Shown here one piece after another: positions 36,796-46,386 of a stretch of 64,000 bases of DNA. The notes under the pieces were generated by a model. It did no database searches. It was not told the origin of the DNA and worked only from the letters and a program-made list of their open reading frames with translations. The stretch comes from Candidatus Nomurabacteria bacterium (GTDB taxonomy: Bacteria > Patescibacteriota > Minisyncoccia > Phycocordibacterales > UBA9973). Both the position numbers and the translations under genes were made by a program. The first letter of the stretch is position 1. Each line of letters begins with the position of its first letter. The DNA is taken from the NCBI GenBank assembly GCA_963842815.1, contig CAWJHU010000001.1, positions 12,866-76,865 of the forward strand, read 5' to 3'.

Positions 36796-38739
36796 CTATG
36801 CCAATTTCTTTTCTTCCCTGCCTGCAACGCTTTGCGTAGCAATGCGGGCACGGGGTATTATTCCATTGGCAATAATAATTTTGTCGTATTCTTCCTGTTC
36901 CAGTGTTTCAACTTCTATGAGTTTATGGGCAATGGCTTCCAGCGCTTTTTTGTGCTCCTTCAAGACTTTCTCGGCTGACTTTATGCCGTCATCTATAATT
37001 CTCGTAACTTCCGTATCAATTTTTGTGGCAATCGTTTCGGAATATGCTTCTTCCCTGACTTCTCCCCAATTCAATTTTCCGCCATCGTTGCCAAAAGTGA
37101 CCGGACCGATTAAGTCCGACATCCCCCATCTCGTGACCATTGCGCGAGCTAAATTAGTAGCCACCTGCAAATCGCTGGATGGACCAGTGGTAATATCGCC
37201 GAAAATCATTTTCTCGGCAACATATCCCCCCAGAGACATGGCAATATCATCTATAAATTCTTTTTTGGATTGAAGACGTCTTTCCTCAAGAGGAAGTTTC
37301 AAAGTATATCCTCCGGCATTTCCCCGGGCGATAATGGAAACTTTGTGCACCGGGTCGGCATTGGGCAAAACGGAAGCGACCAGGGCATGCCCCGCTTCAT
37401 GATAAGCGGTAATTTCTTTTTCTTTTTTGGAAAGCAAATGGCTTTTTCGTTCGGGACCAAGCATCACTTTTTCAATGGCGCGGATCAAATCAAATTGAAA
37501 AACTTTTTTGCGGTTTTCCCTGCGCAGCCAAGATGGCTCCTTCGTTCATCAAAGAATATAAATCAGCTCCGGAAAATCCGGGAGTTCGTTCGGCAATTAA
37601 TTTCAAATTCACGTCTTCCGCCAACGGTTTTAAGAGCGCGTGAATATTTAAAATTTCTTCGCGGTCACGCGGTCCGGCAAATCAAGAATAACTTTTCTAT
37701 CAAATCGTCCCGGACGAATGAGCGCCGGATCCAAGCACATCCGGCCTGTTGGTGGCAGCCATGACAATCACTTTTTCATTGGGTTCAAAGCCGTCCATTT
37801 CAACCAAGAATTTGGTTTAAGAGTTTGTTCTCGTTCATCATTGCCTCCGCCGAATCCGCCTCCGCGAGTGCGCCCAATGGCATCAATTTCATCCATAAAA
37901 ATAATAGCCGGAGCTGCTTTCTTGGCCATTTTGAAAAGGTCGCGCACACGGGAAGCTCCGACGCCTACGAACATTTCCACGAATTCACTTCCGGAAAAAT
38001 GGAAAAACGGCACACCGGCTTCCCCTGCCACTGCCCGCGCCAGCAACGTTTTTCCGGTGCCCGGAGCCCCGGTCAAAATTACTCCTTTCGGAATTCTCGC
38101 TCCAATGTTTAAAAACTTTTTAGGATTTTTCAAAAAATCCACAATTTCTTTCAATTCTTCTTTGGCTTCTTTACATCCGGCAACATCTTTGAAAGTCACT
38201 TTGTTATTTTTGTCATTTGGGTCGGTAATGCGAGCTTTGGATTGGCCGAAAGTAAATGCCTGCATTCCCGCGCCTTTCACTTGGCGGGAAAGATACCAAA
38301 AGAAAAATATAATGAAAACGATCGGCAAAAGAAACGGCATGATGTTCATAAACCAATACCAAAATCCGCTTTCGTCTTTTACTTGGATATTGGCCCCTGC
38401 CAGTGCGTCTTTGGTTACTCCATAATTAAAAAGAGTTTGAGAAAGAGAAGTCTCCGTTTCTTTTTTGGAATTTTTTACCGTATTATCTTTGTAAGTAATG
38501 GTTAGATTTTCTCCTTCTACCACAATTCTTTTTACTTCTCCAGCCATAACGCTTTTAGCCAAATCGGAAATAGAAACATCCGGCACAACTTTGGAAGTAT
38601 CCGCAATGACCAAATACAGCGCCGTGATAACCATAAAAATCAAAATAGCGCCCAGAATATTGCCGGAAAATTTGGGTGTTTCCATTTTCTTTTTGCCTTT
38701 ATTTTTCGGCTCTTTTTGGTTTAAAAAATTGAAATCCAT
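36796..38739 (-). CDS. ftsH: ATP-dependent zinc metalloprotease FtsH, disrupted by about five frameshifts between ~37500 and 37812
   Basis: N-terminal TM regions with Walker A 'GAPGTGKT' and 'IIFMDEID' in the 323-aa ORF, and 'HEAGHALVA' (HEXXH) in the 230-aa ORF. The SRH and linker ('[37 protein letters not shown]', '[21 protein letters not shown]') are recoverable only by switching frames. Confidence 0.85.
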
Positions 38740-38966
38740 AGTGGTGCATTATAGCACGAAAAATGAAAAAATAAAATCCAAATTTTTACAAAAAAATAAC
38801 CAATAAAAAAATAAATTAATATTGGCTATTTTCGGTTTTTTCTTCTCTCCTGCCATTCATAATGCAAGTGAACAAAAATACCCCATGCTGCTATGATTAG
38901 AATGGTTAGGATAGTAATTAAAAAGTCTCTCATGATTTTCTCCGGTTTATTTTTAAAAAAATTAAA

Positions 38967-39374
38967 GAACTTTCTGTGGAGATGCGGGGAATCGAACCCC
39001 GGTGCAAAAGGTTTTTGTAAAGAAATCTACATGTGTAGCGCGTTTTTGTTTTAGATTAAAAAATTTAAAAACGAGCAAAATATTTTTTAATCGATTCCTT
39101 TTGTTTTGGAAAAAAGCCAGGACACTCTTCTCTCCTATCCCGATAATATTATGCCCGGCTCTCATATATCGGAAGTCTATGAGAAGGACATCAGCTTACG
39201 CCGAAGCGGAAACTGAAGCGAAAGAAAAGTTCGCCATACCGAAATATGGAGAAACAATTGCCTTCACTTTATCAGTCAATTTTGCAATTAACATTTGAAC
39301 GAATTTTAACGAGATTACGTTCATGCTCGACATGCATCCTTGCATTAGACCATTTGTCTATGCCTTGCATCCCC
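38967..39374 (-). ncRNA. ssrA: tmRNA (ssrA), ~408 nt, with predicted tag ANFSFASVSASA
   Basis: Minus-strand 5' GGGGAUGC pairs with 3' GCAUCUCC-A, and the T-arm is GGGGUUCGAUUCCCC. The 5' region resembles E. coli tmRNA (AGGAUGCAUGUCGAGC vs AGGUGCAUGCCGAGG), and there is an internal ORF GCG AAC ... GCG UAA. smpB lies immediately upstream. Confidence 0.7.
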
Positions 39375-39385
39375 AAATTTTATTT

Positions 39386-39832
39386 TCAACGTTCTTTATA
39401 TTCTCGCCTGATTTCACGGTCAGTTTCGCGTTTTTTGATAGTTTCGCGTTTATCTTGTTTTTTCTTTCCCTTAACCAAAGCAATTTCTACTTTGATTTTT
39501 CTACCTTTATTATACACCGAAATCGGCACTATTGTCAAACTCTTATTTTTCTCACTGCCGGCCAGGGTGGCAATTTCTTTTTTAGTCAGCAAAAGTTTTT
39601 TGTTCCTAAGCGGGTCGTAATCTTTGGGCGTATTGTTGGGCTGATAAGGCGGAATATTCGCATTTATTAAAAAAGCCTCGCCTCCCCTCACAACCACGAA
39701 GGCACCTTCTAGAGACATTCTGCCTCCCCGAACTGATTTAACTTCTATGCCCAAAAGCTCAATACCTGCTTCGTATTTTTCCAAAATTTCGTAATTGAAT
39801 CGCGCTTTTCTGTTTTCGGCGTAATGAGCCAT
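39386..39832 (-). CDS. smpB: SsrA-binding protein SmpB
   Basis: 148 aa with 'ENRKARFNYEILEKYEAGIEL...GIEVKS' and a basic C-terminal tail. Confidence 0.85.
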   Translation of the reverse strand: MAHYAENRKARFNYEILEKYEAGIELLGIEVKSVRGGRMSLEGAFVVVRGGEAFLINANIPPYQPNNTPKDYDPLRNKKLLLTKKEIATLAGSEKNKSLTIVPISVYNKGRKIKVEIALVKGKKKQDKRETIKKRETDREIRREYKER

Positions 39833-39898
39833 TATTATATATTATCATATATCAATATATTTATATTTTTCTAGGAAGTTATGATAAAATAAACAAAT

Positions 39899-41219
39899 AT
39901 GCCATTAAACCCCGAATTAAATGTTTCCGGATATAGAGGAGTCTGGGGAGAAAGTTTAAATGATGAAATAGTCACGCGTTTCACCAAGGCTTTCGGTTAT
40001 TTTACTAAAGAAGATTCTGGAAAAGAAAATCCAACTATTTTAATCGGTCGGGATGGTCGCGAAAGCGGACCGAAAATTAGAAAAGTGATAATTAGAGAAT
40101 TGGGGAATCTTGGAATTAATGCCGTTGACGGAGACGTGATGCCGACGCCGACGGTTTTATTTTCTGTCCGCAAACATAAATACGATGGAGCAATTATCAT
40201 TACCGCTTCGCATAATCCGATAGAATACAACGGCCTGAAATTTGTGAACAAGAAGGCATTTTTTACTATGGAAAAAGAAATACAAAAAATAAAAGAATAT
40301 TATGTCCATTCCTAATTTCACAAAAGAACATGCGGACCAAATTTTAGCTAACATAAATGTGGAAGCAATTCGTGCCGAAAAATTCAAGGTAGCCGTCGAT
40401 ATGATAAATGCTTCCGCCTGCGTAATGGACCCGTATCTTTTTGAACAACTTGGCGTGGAATTGATTCCTTTAAACAATATTCCCACCGGTAAATTTGCCC
40501 ATAGGCCTGAACCCATTAAGGAAAATCTAAGCGATATTGCCTATCTGGTTAAAGAATCTAAGGCTGACCTTGGTTTTGTACATGACCCCGATGCCGACCG
40601 GCTGGTGGTAGTGAATGAAAAGGGAGAAGTAATTTCTGAAGAATATTCCGTCGCCATATCCGTAGAAAATATTTTATCTAAAAATCCGGGCAAGCCGATT
40701 GTGATTAATCTTTCCACCTCTCAAATGAGTGCAGACATCGCCCAAAAATATGGCAGTGAATGTTTTCGTACAAAAATCGGAGAGCCGAATGTGGTGGAAG
40801 GAATTATTGAACATAATGCCATTATTGGCGGCGAAGGAAATGGCGGAGTTATCTATCCCCTTATTAACACTGCTCGTGATAGTTTTGTCGGCCTTTCACT
40901 TATTTTGGAACTTTTAGCCGAAAGAAAACAAACAGTAAACGAATGCATCGCCACTCTGCCTAAATATTTTATAAAAAAAGACAAATGGCCCATTGCCGGA
41001 AAAAATTTGAATGAAATATATTCAAAATTGAAATCACATTTCAAAGACGCAAAAATAGACGAACAGGATGGCTTGCGTTTAGATTTACCGAATGGTTCCT
41101 GGCTCCATCTGAGACCATCCAACACAGAACCGATTATCCGGCTTTTCGGCGAAGCTAAGGATGAAAAATCCATAGAAACCTTATTTAATGAAGCTAAGTT
41201 GACTTTAAGCGGAAAATAA
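39899..41219 (+). CDS. Phosphohexomutase (phosphoglucosamine mutase / PMM-PGM family), split by an apparent +1/-1 frameshift near 40300
   Basis: Active-site 'ITASHNPIEYNGLKF' in the 138-aa ORF, and domains II-IV in the overlapping 305-aa ORF. The combined ~440 aa matches a single-chain enzyme. The junction lies in an A-run. Confidence 0.75.
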
Positions 41220-41257
41220 GCTAAACTCTCCGTATAGTTTAAGGTATTAAACATCAA

Positions 41258-41764
41258 TTGCGTGAAAGAATAAACAACCAAATACGAGCACACGAACTTC
41301 GTGTCATAGATAGTGCAGACCAAAATCTCGGTGTTTTAAGCATAAAAGAAGCATTGGAACTAGCCCAAAATAAGGGTCTGGATTTGATTGAAGTATCTCC
41401 CAATGCTAATCCGCCCATCGCGAAGATAATGGATTTTGGCAAATACCAATACGAAGTAAATAAAAAATTAAAGAAGGCCAAGGCGGGCTCCAAACCGACG
41501 GAAACAAAGTCAATTCAAATAAAAATAGGCACCGGCGACCATGATTTGGAACTTAAGGCCAAAACCGCTTCAAAATGGCTGAAGGAAGGACACAGAATCA
41601 AGGCGGAACTCTTCCTTACGGGACGAACGAAGTATATGGATGAAAAATTTTTAAGAGAACGATTGGATAGGGTGCTTCATTTGATTACAGAAGAATATAA
41701 AGTTTCCGATTCTTACAAAAGAACTCCCAAAGGATTGGTTATAACCATAGAAAAAGCAAAGTAG
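41258..41764 (+). CDS. infC: Translation initiation factor IF-3
   Basis: 'ELRVIDSADQNLGVLSIKEALELAQNKGLDLIEVSPNANPPIAKIMDFGKYQYE'. It probably uses a non-ATG start, as infC typically does. Confidence 0.85.
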   Translation: MRERINNQIRAHELRVIDSADQNLGVLSIKEALELAQNKGLDLIEVSPNANPPIAKIMDFGKYQYEVNKKLKKAKAGSKPTETKSIQIKIGTGDHDLELKAKTASKWLKEGHRIKAELFLTGRTKYMDEKFLRERLDRVLHLITEEYKVSDSYKRTPKGLVITIEKAK

Positions 41765-41786
41765 TTTATAAAATAGAAAAAACAAT

Positions 41787-41981
41787 ATGAAAGGAATGAA
41801 AACAAACAAATCATATACAAAGAGATTAAAACTTACCAAAAATGGCAAGATTATTTCCCGTAAGCCGGGGTTTAACCATTTCAACGCCAAGCAATCCCGC
41901 ACCAAGCAGTTAGCCGGCAAAAAAGGCCAGAACTTTTTGATTAAAAATAAGCCCAAAAGTCATTTATTACCATTTAGTTAA
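41787..41981 (+). CDS. rpmI: Ribosomal protein L35
   Basis: 64-aa basic protein in the infC-rpmI-rplT order. Confidence 0.8.
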   Translation: MKGMKTNKSYTKRLKLTKNGKIISRKPGFNHFNAKQSRTKQLAGKKGQNFLIKNKPKSHLLPFS

Positions 41982-41987
41982 AACAAT

Positions 41988-42332
41988 ATGACCAGAGTTA
42001 AAAAGGGAGTACATGCATTAAAAAGACGAAGAAGCGTATTAAAACAGACAAAGGGTTTTCGTCATGGGCGAAGCACCAAGGAACGCCAAGCCAAAGAAGC
42101 CCTGCTTCATGCGGGAAATTATTCTTTCGCTCATAGAAAAGACAAGAAATCTTTTAATAGAAAACTTTGGAATATTAAAATAAATGCCGGAGCCCGAGAG
42201 CTGGGTATGTCCTATTCAAAACTCATGGGCACGCTTAAAAAGAAAAATATTTTGCTGGATCGAAAAATTTTAGCCGACCTGGCCGAAAATAATCCGTTGG
42301 TTTTTGTAAAAATTTTGGAAAGCCTAAAATAA
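41988..42332 (+). CDS. rplT: Ribosomal protein L20
   Basis: 'MTRVKKGVHALKRRRSVLKQTKGFRHGRS'. Confidence 0.85.
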   Translation: MTRVKKGVHALKRRRSVLKQTKGFRHGRSTKERQAKEALLHAGNYSFAHRKDKKSFNRKLWNIKINAGARELGMSYSKLMGTLKKKNILLDRKILADLAENNPLVFVKILESLK

Positions 42333-42334
42333 AT

Positions 42335-42362
42335 ATAAAAAATCCCCGGTCGGGGATTTTTT
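42335..42362. terminator. Bidirectional intrinsic terminator (aaaaatccccggtcggggatttttt)
   Basis: Perfect hairpin flanked by A and T runs, between convergent rplT and the LOG-family gene. Confidence 0.75.
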
Positions 42363-42960
42363 ATTTATTCTGTTCGTCTACTTTATATTTTTTAATAAGA
42401 GCAATGACATCGGCTACCAACTTTTTAATCTCTCCTCCGCTGACAATTTTCTGATTTGGGCGATGGGCCTTGGTAATAATATCCTCCAATTCAGCCCCTG
42501 TGGCCCAGGGCCCTTCCAGAATACCTATGGGCTTATCATCCTCAAAAGCAATGGTAAATTCATGAATGGTGCCAATGCGTCCAGGTCCGCAGATAACCGC
42601 ATCGGAGGAACGAGTGAGCAGAAGGTCGCGCCCAGGATAGCCGAAGCCGGTATAAATAATCAAATCCATATAGTCAATGGGAAGTTTATAAACTTCTATA
42701 TGTTCTTTTTCTGAAGCTGCCGGAGAAAAGCCGATTGATATTCCCCCTTCCTCTTTGGCTCCCATGGCTGCCCAAAAAGGAAATCCGGTGGTTGCTCCCG
42801 TTACCAAAACCGCTCCCTGGCGAGCTATTTCACGCCCAAGTTCTTTTGCTATGTTCAATGTGTCCGGTCCGCAGTTGCTGGTATCTGCCGCTCCGGAAAT
42901 ACATATTTTTATTTGATTGTGCCCGTGTTTATTGTAGGGGTCGGAAGAAATAGTGTTCAT
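42361..42960 (-). CDS. LOG-family / TIGR00725-type Rossmann-fold nucleotide-binding protein
   Basis: 'PGRIGTIHEF' resembles the LOG GGxGTxxE motif, at ~200 aa. Confidence 0.5.
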   Translation of the reverse strand: MNTISSDPYNKHGHNQIKICISGAADTSNCGPDTLNIAKELGREIARQGAVLVTGATTGFPFWAAMGAKEEGGISIGFSPAASEKEHIEVYKLPIDYMDLIIYTGFGYPGRDLLLTRSSDAVICGPGRIGTIHEFTIAFEDDKPIGILEGPWATGAELEDIITKAHRPNQKIVSGGEIKKLVADVIALIKKYKVDEQNK

Positions 42961-42972
42961 ATATTTAATATA

Positions 42973-44409
42973 TCATAAAGAAAGTAAAACACTACTTCCC
43001 TGCAGGGGCGCAGAGGCGTCAATGGCCAAATTATCTCTGATTCTCTGGGCTAAAAACATTGAAGATTTTGGTTCACCCATAACTACGAAAACTTTTTTAA
43101 CCGTATCTTCCATATCTTCTACAAAACCAAAGAGTCCATCTCCATCTTTATGTCCCGAATATCCTAAAATAATTTCAACATGCGCTTTCACATTCACTTC
43201 CTCTCCGGAAATGCGCACTTTTTTTACTCCTTCTTCAATTAAACGTCCCAGAGTCCCGACGGATTGATAGCCGGTAAGCAGAATAGTGTTGTTGGGGTCG
43301 GGTAAATAATGCTTTTCGTGATGGACTATGCGCCCCCCGGAGGACATTCCGGACCCGGCAATAATTATTTTCGGATTGGGCGCTTCGTTGATCATTTTTG
43401 AATCTTCGGATTGCAGAGTGGAATGAAGGCCGGGAAAATCAAATAAATATTTATTTTGGGACAGTTCTTTTTGTGCCTTTTCATTGAAATAACTTTTATA
43501 TTGCTTGAAAATTTCAGTCAGGCGGATAGCCAACGGGGAATCAAAGAAAATAGGCATAATGGGGATGCGGTCATTTTCCACTAAATCATTCAGTTCAAAT
43601 AAAAGTTCCTGGGAACGCTCTAAAGAAAAAGTAGGGATCAGAAGAGCTCCTTTTCTTTTATAATTGTCCTCTATGATTTCTTCCAGAAGTTTTTTACGGT
43701 CGTTTCTGGATTCATGGTTTCTGTCTCCGTAAACGCTTTCCATTATTAAATAATCCGCATCGGTAACTTTTTCCGTATTCGGTAACAGGGGCGACGGCGA
43801 ATTTCCCAGATCTCCGGTAAAAAGAATTTTTTTGCCTTTGTAAACAAATTGAACCATAGCCGAACCTAAAATATGTCCGGCATCTCTAAAAGAAACTTCC
43901 AAATCCGGGCTTATGTTTATTTTTTCGTGGTAATCAAATCCTGTCCATTGTAAAAAGGCCGCACTAATATTTTCCGGAGAATATATTTTGTCCAAATTAA
44001 ATTGCTTATTTTTAGTCAAAATGCTGGCTGTGTCCTCCAACATCGGACCCGTCAAAGCCCGAGTGGGCTTGGTAGAGTAAATTTTCCCATGAAAACCTTC
44101 ACTGATTAATTTTGGAATCTTCCCGATATGGTCAATATGGGCATGAGTGATAAAAAGAATATCTATTTCTTTCGGATCATAAATAAAAGGCGCCCAATTG
44201 GTATCATCCGCCAATTCCATTCCTTGAGTAAGTCCACAATCCACCAAAATTTTTTTATTATCAATTTCCAAAAGAAAATTTGCGCCCGTGACTGAACCTG
44301 TTCCTCCACAAAATGTTAATTTAGCTGTATTTTGCATATGTATATTATACCTTTTAACCAAATTTTTTCCAAAATACATTAAAAATGTTTGAGAAGAAAA
44401 AATCCCCAC
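42973..44409 (-). CDS. Metallo-beta-lactamase / beta-CASP family ribonuclease (RNase J / CPSF-like)
   Basis: 'ITHAHIDHIG' MBL motif, beta-CASP-type spacing, and a C-terminal RNA-metabolising MBL-like region. The true start is probably the internal Met ('MQNTAKLTFCGGTGSVTG'). Confidence 0.65.
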   Translation of the reverse strand: MGIFSSQTFLMYFGKNLVKRYNIHMQNTAKLTFCGGTGSVTGANFLLEIDNKKILVDCGLTQGMELADDTNWAPFIYDPKEIDILFITHAHIDHIGKIPKLISEGFHGKIYSTKPTRALTGPMLEDTASILTKNKQFNLDKIYSPENISAAFLQWTGFDYHEKINISPDLEVSFRDAGHILGSAMVQFVYKGKKILFTGDLGNSPSPLLPNTEKVTDADYLIMESVYGDRNHESRNDRKKLLEEIIEDNYKRKGALLIPTFSLERSQELLFELNDLVENDRIPIMPIFFDSPLAIRLTEIFKQYKSYFNEKAQKELSQNKYLFDFPGLHSTLQSEDSKMINEAPNPKIIIAGSGMSSGGRIVHHEKHYLPDPNNTILLTGYQSVGTLGRLIEEGVKKVRISGEEVNVKAHVEIILGYSGHKDGDGLFGFVEDMEDTVKKVFVVMGEPKSSMFLAQRIRDNLAIDASAPLQGSSVLLSL

Positions 44410-44429
44410 CCAAAGCGGAGAATTTTTCT

Positions 44430-44556
44430 TAGGGTTATTTCCGATGTATTACCGTAGCTTATAGCTAGGTGGGTACCAGACGGATAAGACCAAGGTCAAA
44501 CACGATCGAGGCTCCCATAAAATATTGTTCTAGGTAATAATCGGAAATAACCCTAC
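44430..44556 (-). other. Structured leader/ncRNA candidate upstream of the beta-CASP RNase: ~96 nt enclosed by a 15-bp perfect stem
   Basis: agggttatttccgat (44431-44445) pairs with atcggaaataaccct (44538-44552). There is a nested tattacc/ggtaata stem and a ctag...ctag symmetry. Confidence 0.4.
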
Positions 44557-44617
44557 CTAAAGTCTATGCCTTTTAAAAAAGTTGGCAACTGGACGAAACT
44601 TTTTTTTCGTTTCTGAA

Positions 44618-45202
44618 TTATTCGTCCACTCCGAAACGCTTATAGTTGAAAGTTTTCATGTCGCCGAACCAATGTTTGATTTCATGCTCCGCCTCTTCCG
44701 GAGTTTCAGAACAATGGATGATATTTGTCACGCATCTTTTTTCTTTATTGGCTAAAGCCGGAGAATCTATTGAAAAATCTCCGCGAATAGTACCGACAGC
44801 CGCCTTGTAGGGCATGGTTTCACCGGCAATTTTTCGAACCACATCCACCGCATGCAATCCCTGCACTATCATTTTTACCAGCGGAGCGCTAATCATAAAA
44901 TCAATAAGCCATTTGCGGACTTCCGGACCAATTTTTGCCGGGTCAGCTGTGCCAAAATCTGAAACTAAATCATAACCGTATTTTTGATATGTATCGGAAG
45001 TTTTAGTCCCCAATCTCGTGATCCATTCTTCTTTTTTGGGATAGTGATTGTCCATTAAATCGCGAGTCGGCTGGAACATTTCAAGAGCCACAATCTTCAA
45101 ATCGCGCTGCTCAAAACGCTTAATAATCTCGCCAATCAAACCCTTTCGGATTCCGTCCGGTTTTATCATTACATATGTTTGTTCTTCTTTTGGATGTTTC
45201 AT
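44618..45202 (-). CDS. ndk: Nucleoside diphosphate kinase
   Basis: 'YVMIKPDG' and 'NIIHCSETPEEAEHEIKHWF' (with the active-site His). Confidence 0.8.
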   Translation of the reverse strand: MKHPKEEQTYVMIKPDGIRKGLIGEIIKRFEQRDLKIVALEMFQPTRDLMDNHYPKKEEWITRLGTKTSDTYQKYGYDLVSDFGTADPAKIGPEVRKWLIDFMISAPLVKMIVQGLHAVDVVRKIAGETMPYKAAVGTIRGDFSIDSPALANKEKRCVTNIIHCSETPEEAEHEIKHWFGDMKTFNYKRFGVDE

Positions 45203-45245
45203 ATTTTTATCTTAGCAAAATACATTTTAAAATACAACCTCATCC

Positions 45246-45315
45246 CCCGCCTTCTCCTGAAAGGAGAAGGGGTCAATTCCCTAGTTCCCCCTCTCCTTTC
45301 AGGAGAGGGTTGGGG
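45246..45315. repeat. Two adjacent inverted copies of the GC-rich palindromic element (ctcctgaaaggag core)
   Basis: 45255-45275 'ttctcctgaaaggagaagggg' and 45283-45318 'ccccctctcctttcaggagagggttggggtgaggtta'. The latter is the reverse complement of the ligA-embedded copy. Confidence 0.75.
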
Positions 45316-45338
45316 TGAGGTTATTGTATAATTGCTAT

Positions 45339-45728
45339 ATGCCCAGAATAATAAACAATTTTAAAAGGAAAGAAATTAGAAAAGAATTGCGAAAAAATCA
45401 AACCCCTCAGGAAACTATTCTTTGGGCTAAACTTAGGGACAATCAAACAAAATATAAATGGAAAAGACAAGTTAGTATCGGTCCTTATATTGCCGATTTT
45501 TACTGTTGGAAAAAACTTTTAGTCGTTGAACTTGATGGAGCGCAACATTTAGACAATAAGGAATATGATAAAGACAGAGAGAAATATTTTTTAAGTCTGG
45601 GGATTAAAACAATAAGATTTTGGAATAATGAAGTTAATACAAATATTGAGGGGGTAATTGAATTTATTATAAAAGAACTAGAAAAACAACCTCACTCTAG
45701 TCCTCTCATGAAAGGAGAGGGGAAATAA
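45339..45728 (+). CDS. DUF559 (Vsr/restriction-endonuclease-fold) protein
   Basis: 'IADFYCWKKLLVVELDGAQHLD...DREKYFLSLGIKTIRFWNNEV'. The C-terminal 'PLMKGEGK' is encoded by another copy of the palindromic element. Confidence 0.65.
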   Translation: MPRIINNFKRKEIRKELRKNQTPQETILWAKLRDNQTKYKWKRQVSIGPYIADFYCWKKLLVVELDGAQHLDNKEYDKDREKYFLSLGIKTIRFWNNEVNTNIEGVIEFIIKELEKQPHSSPLMKGEGK

Positions 45729-45868
45729 ATTCAGATTCCTTCTTTCCTCTTAGGAATTACTAATTAAACATTCCACTAGGTTCGGAGCATTGAAAATAAC
45801 CTCATTTTACAAGGAACTTTTTCCCTAGCATCTTAGGAATTATACATAAAGTTCGAACCTAATCGGTT

Positions 45869-46252
45869 TTGGTGTATAATAAACTCATGGTACTAGAATC
45901 ACTAGGAAATCCAAAAGAGATTAAGAAGGAAGAAATAAAAGGACACTTATTATGGACAAGAAAAGATCACTTAGATGTCGGTAGTAGCCATCACATTGAT
46001 AAGAAGTTCGGAGACGATATTCCTTGGGGAGATACTTTAAATGATAGCGATTTAGAAGATTACTGGGTTAAGAAAATAGGGGGAACTCTAAAAATGTTAA
46101 CGATGTCTCCAGAGATCATAGAAAAAATTAAAAAGGACACTGATTTCCTAAGTCCAGAATCTTTTTCTAGTGACTTAGAATACTGCAAAAAAAGAGGATT
46201 AGATATTGCTGAGGGAGAAAAGGTTTTAGAAAAACTTAAATATTTGCGGTAA
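45869..46252 (+). CDS. Hypothetical protein (127 aa)
   Basis: ORF only. Confidence 0.35.
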   Translation: MVYNKLMVLESLGNPKEIKKEEIKGHLLWTRKDHLDVGSSHHIDKKFGDDIPWGDTLNDSDLEDYWVKKIGGTLKMLTMSPEIIEKIKKDTDFLSPESFSSDLEYCKKRGLDIAEGEKVLEKLKYLR

Positions 46253-46299
46253 GTAATATCGTTTCTCGAACTTCCTCCTAGGTTCGGAGGTTAAGAAGG

Positions 46300-46345
46300 G
46301 GGCTAAATCCCCCCTCTCCTTTCAGGAGAGGGTTGGGGTGAGGTT
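46300..46345. repeat. Copy of the GC-rich palindromic element (cccccctctcctttcaggagagggttggggtgaggtta)
   Basis: Near-identical to 45283-45318. Confidence 0.75.
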
Positions 46346-46386
46346 AGATAAGATTGGAGTGAGGTTGAGTACGGGTAAGATAAATT

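Noticed and set aside
36796-38739. Calling ftsH, ligA, glmM and rplR true pseudogenes
   Set aside because: All recovered alternate-frame segments retain canonical conserved residues, and the disruptions sit at short homopolymers. An essential r-protein (L18) is affected too. Sequencing or polishing error is at least as likely, so these are kept as CDS with a caveat.
39002-39670. Three overlapping plus-strand ORFs (98, 124 and 115 aa)
   Set aside because: They cover the antisense of the tmRNA gene and the smpB 3' region, and are spurious.
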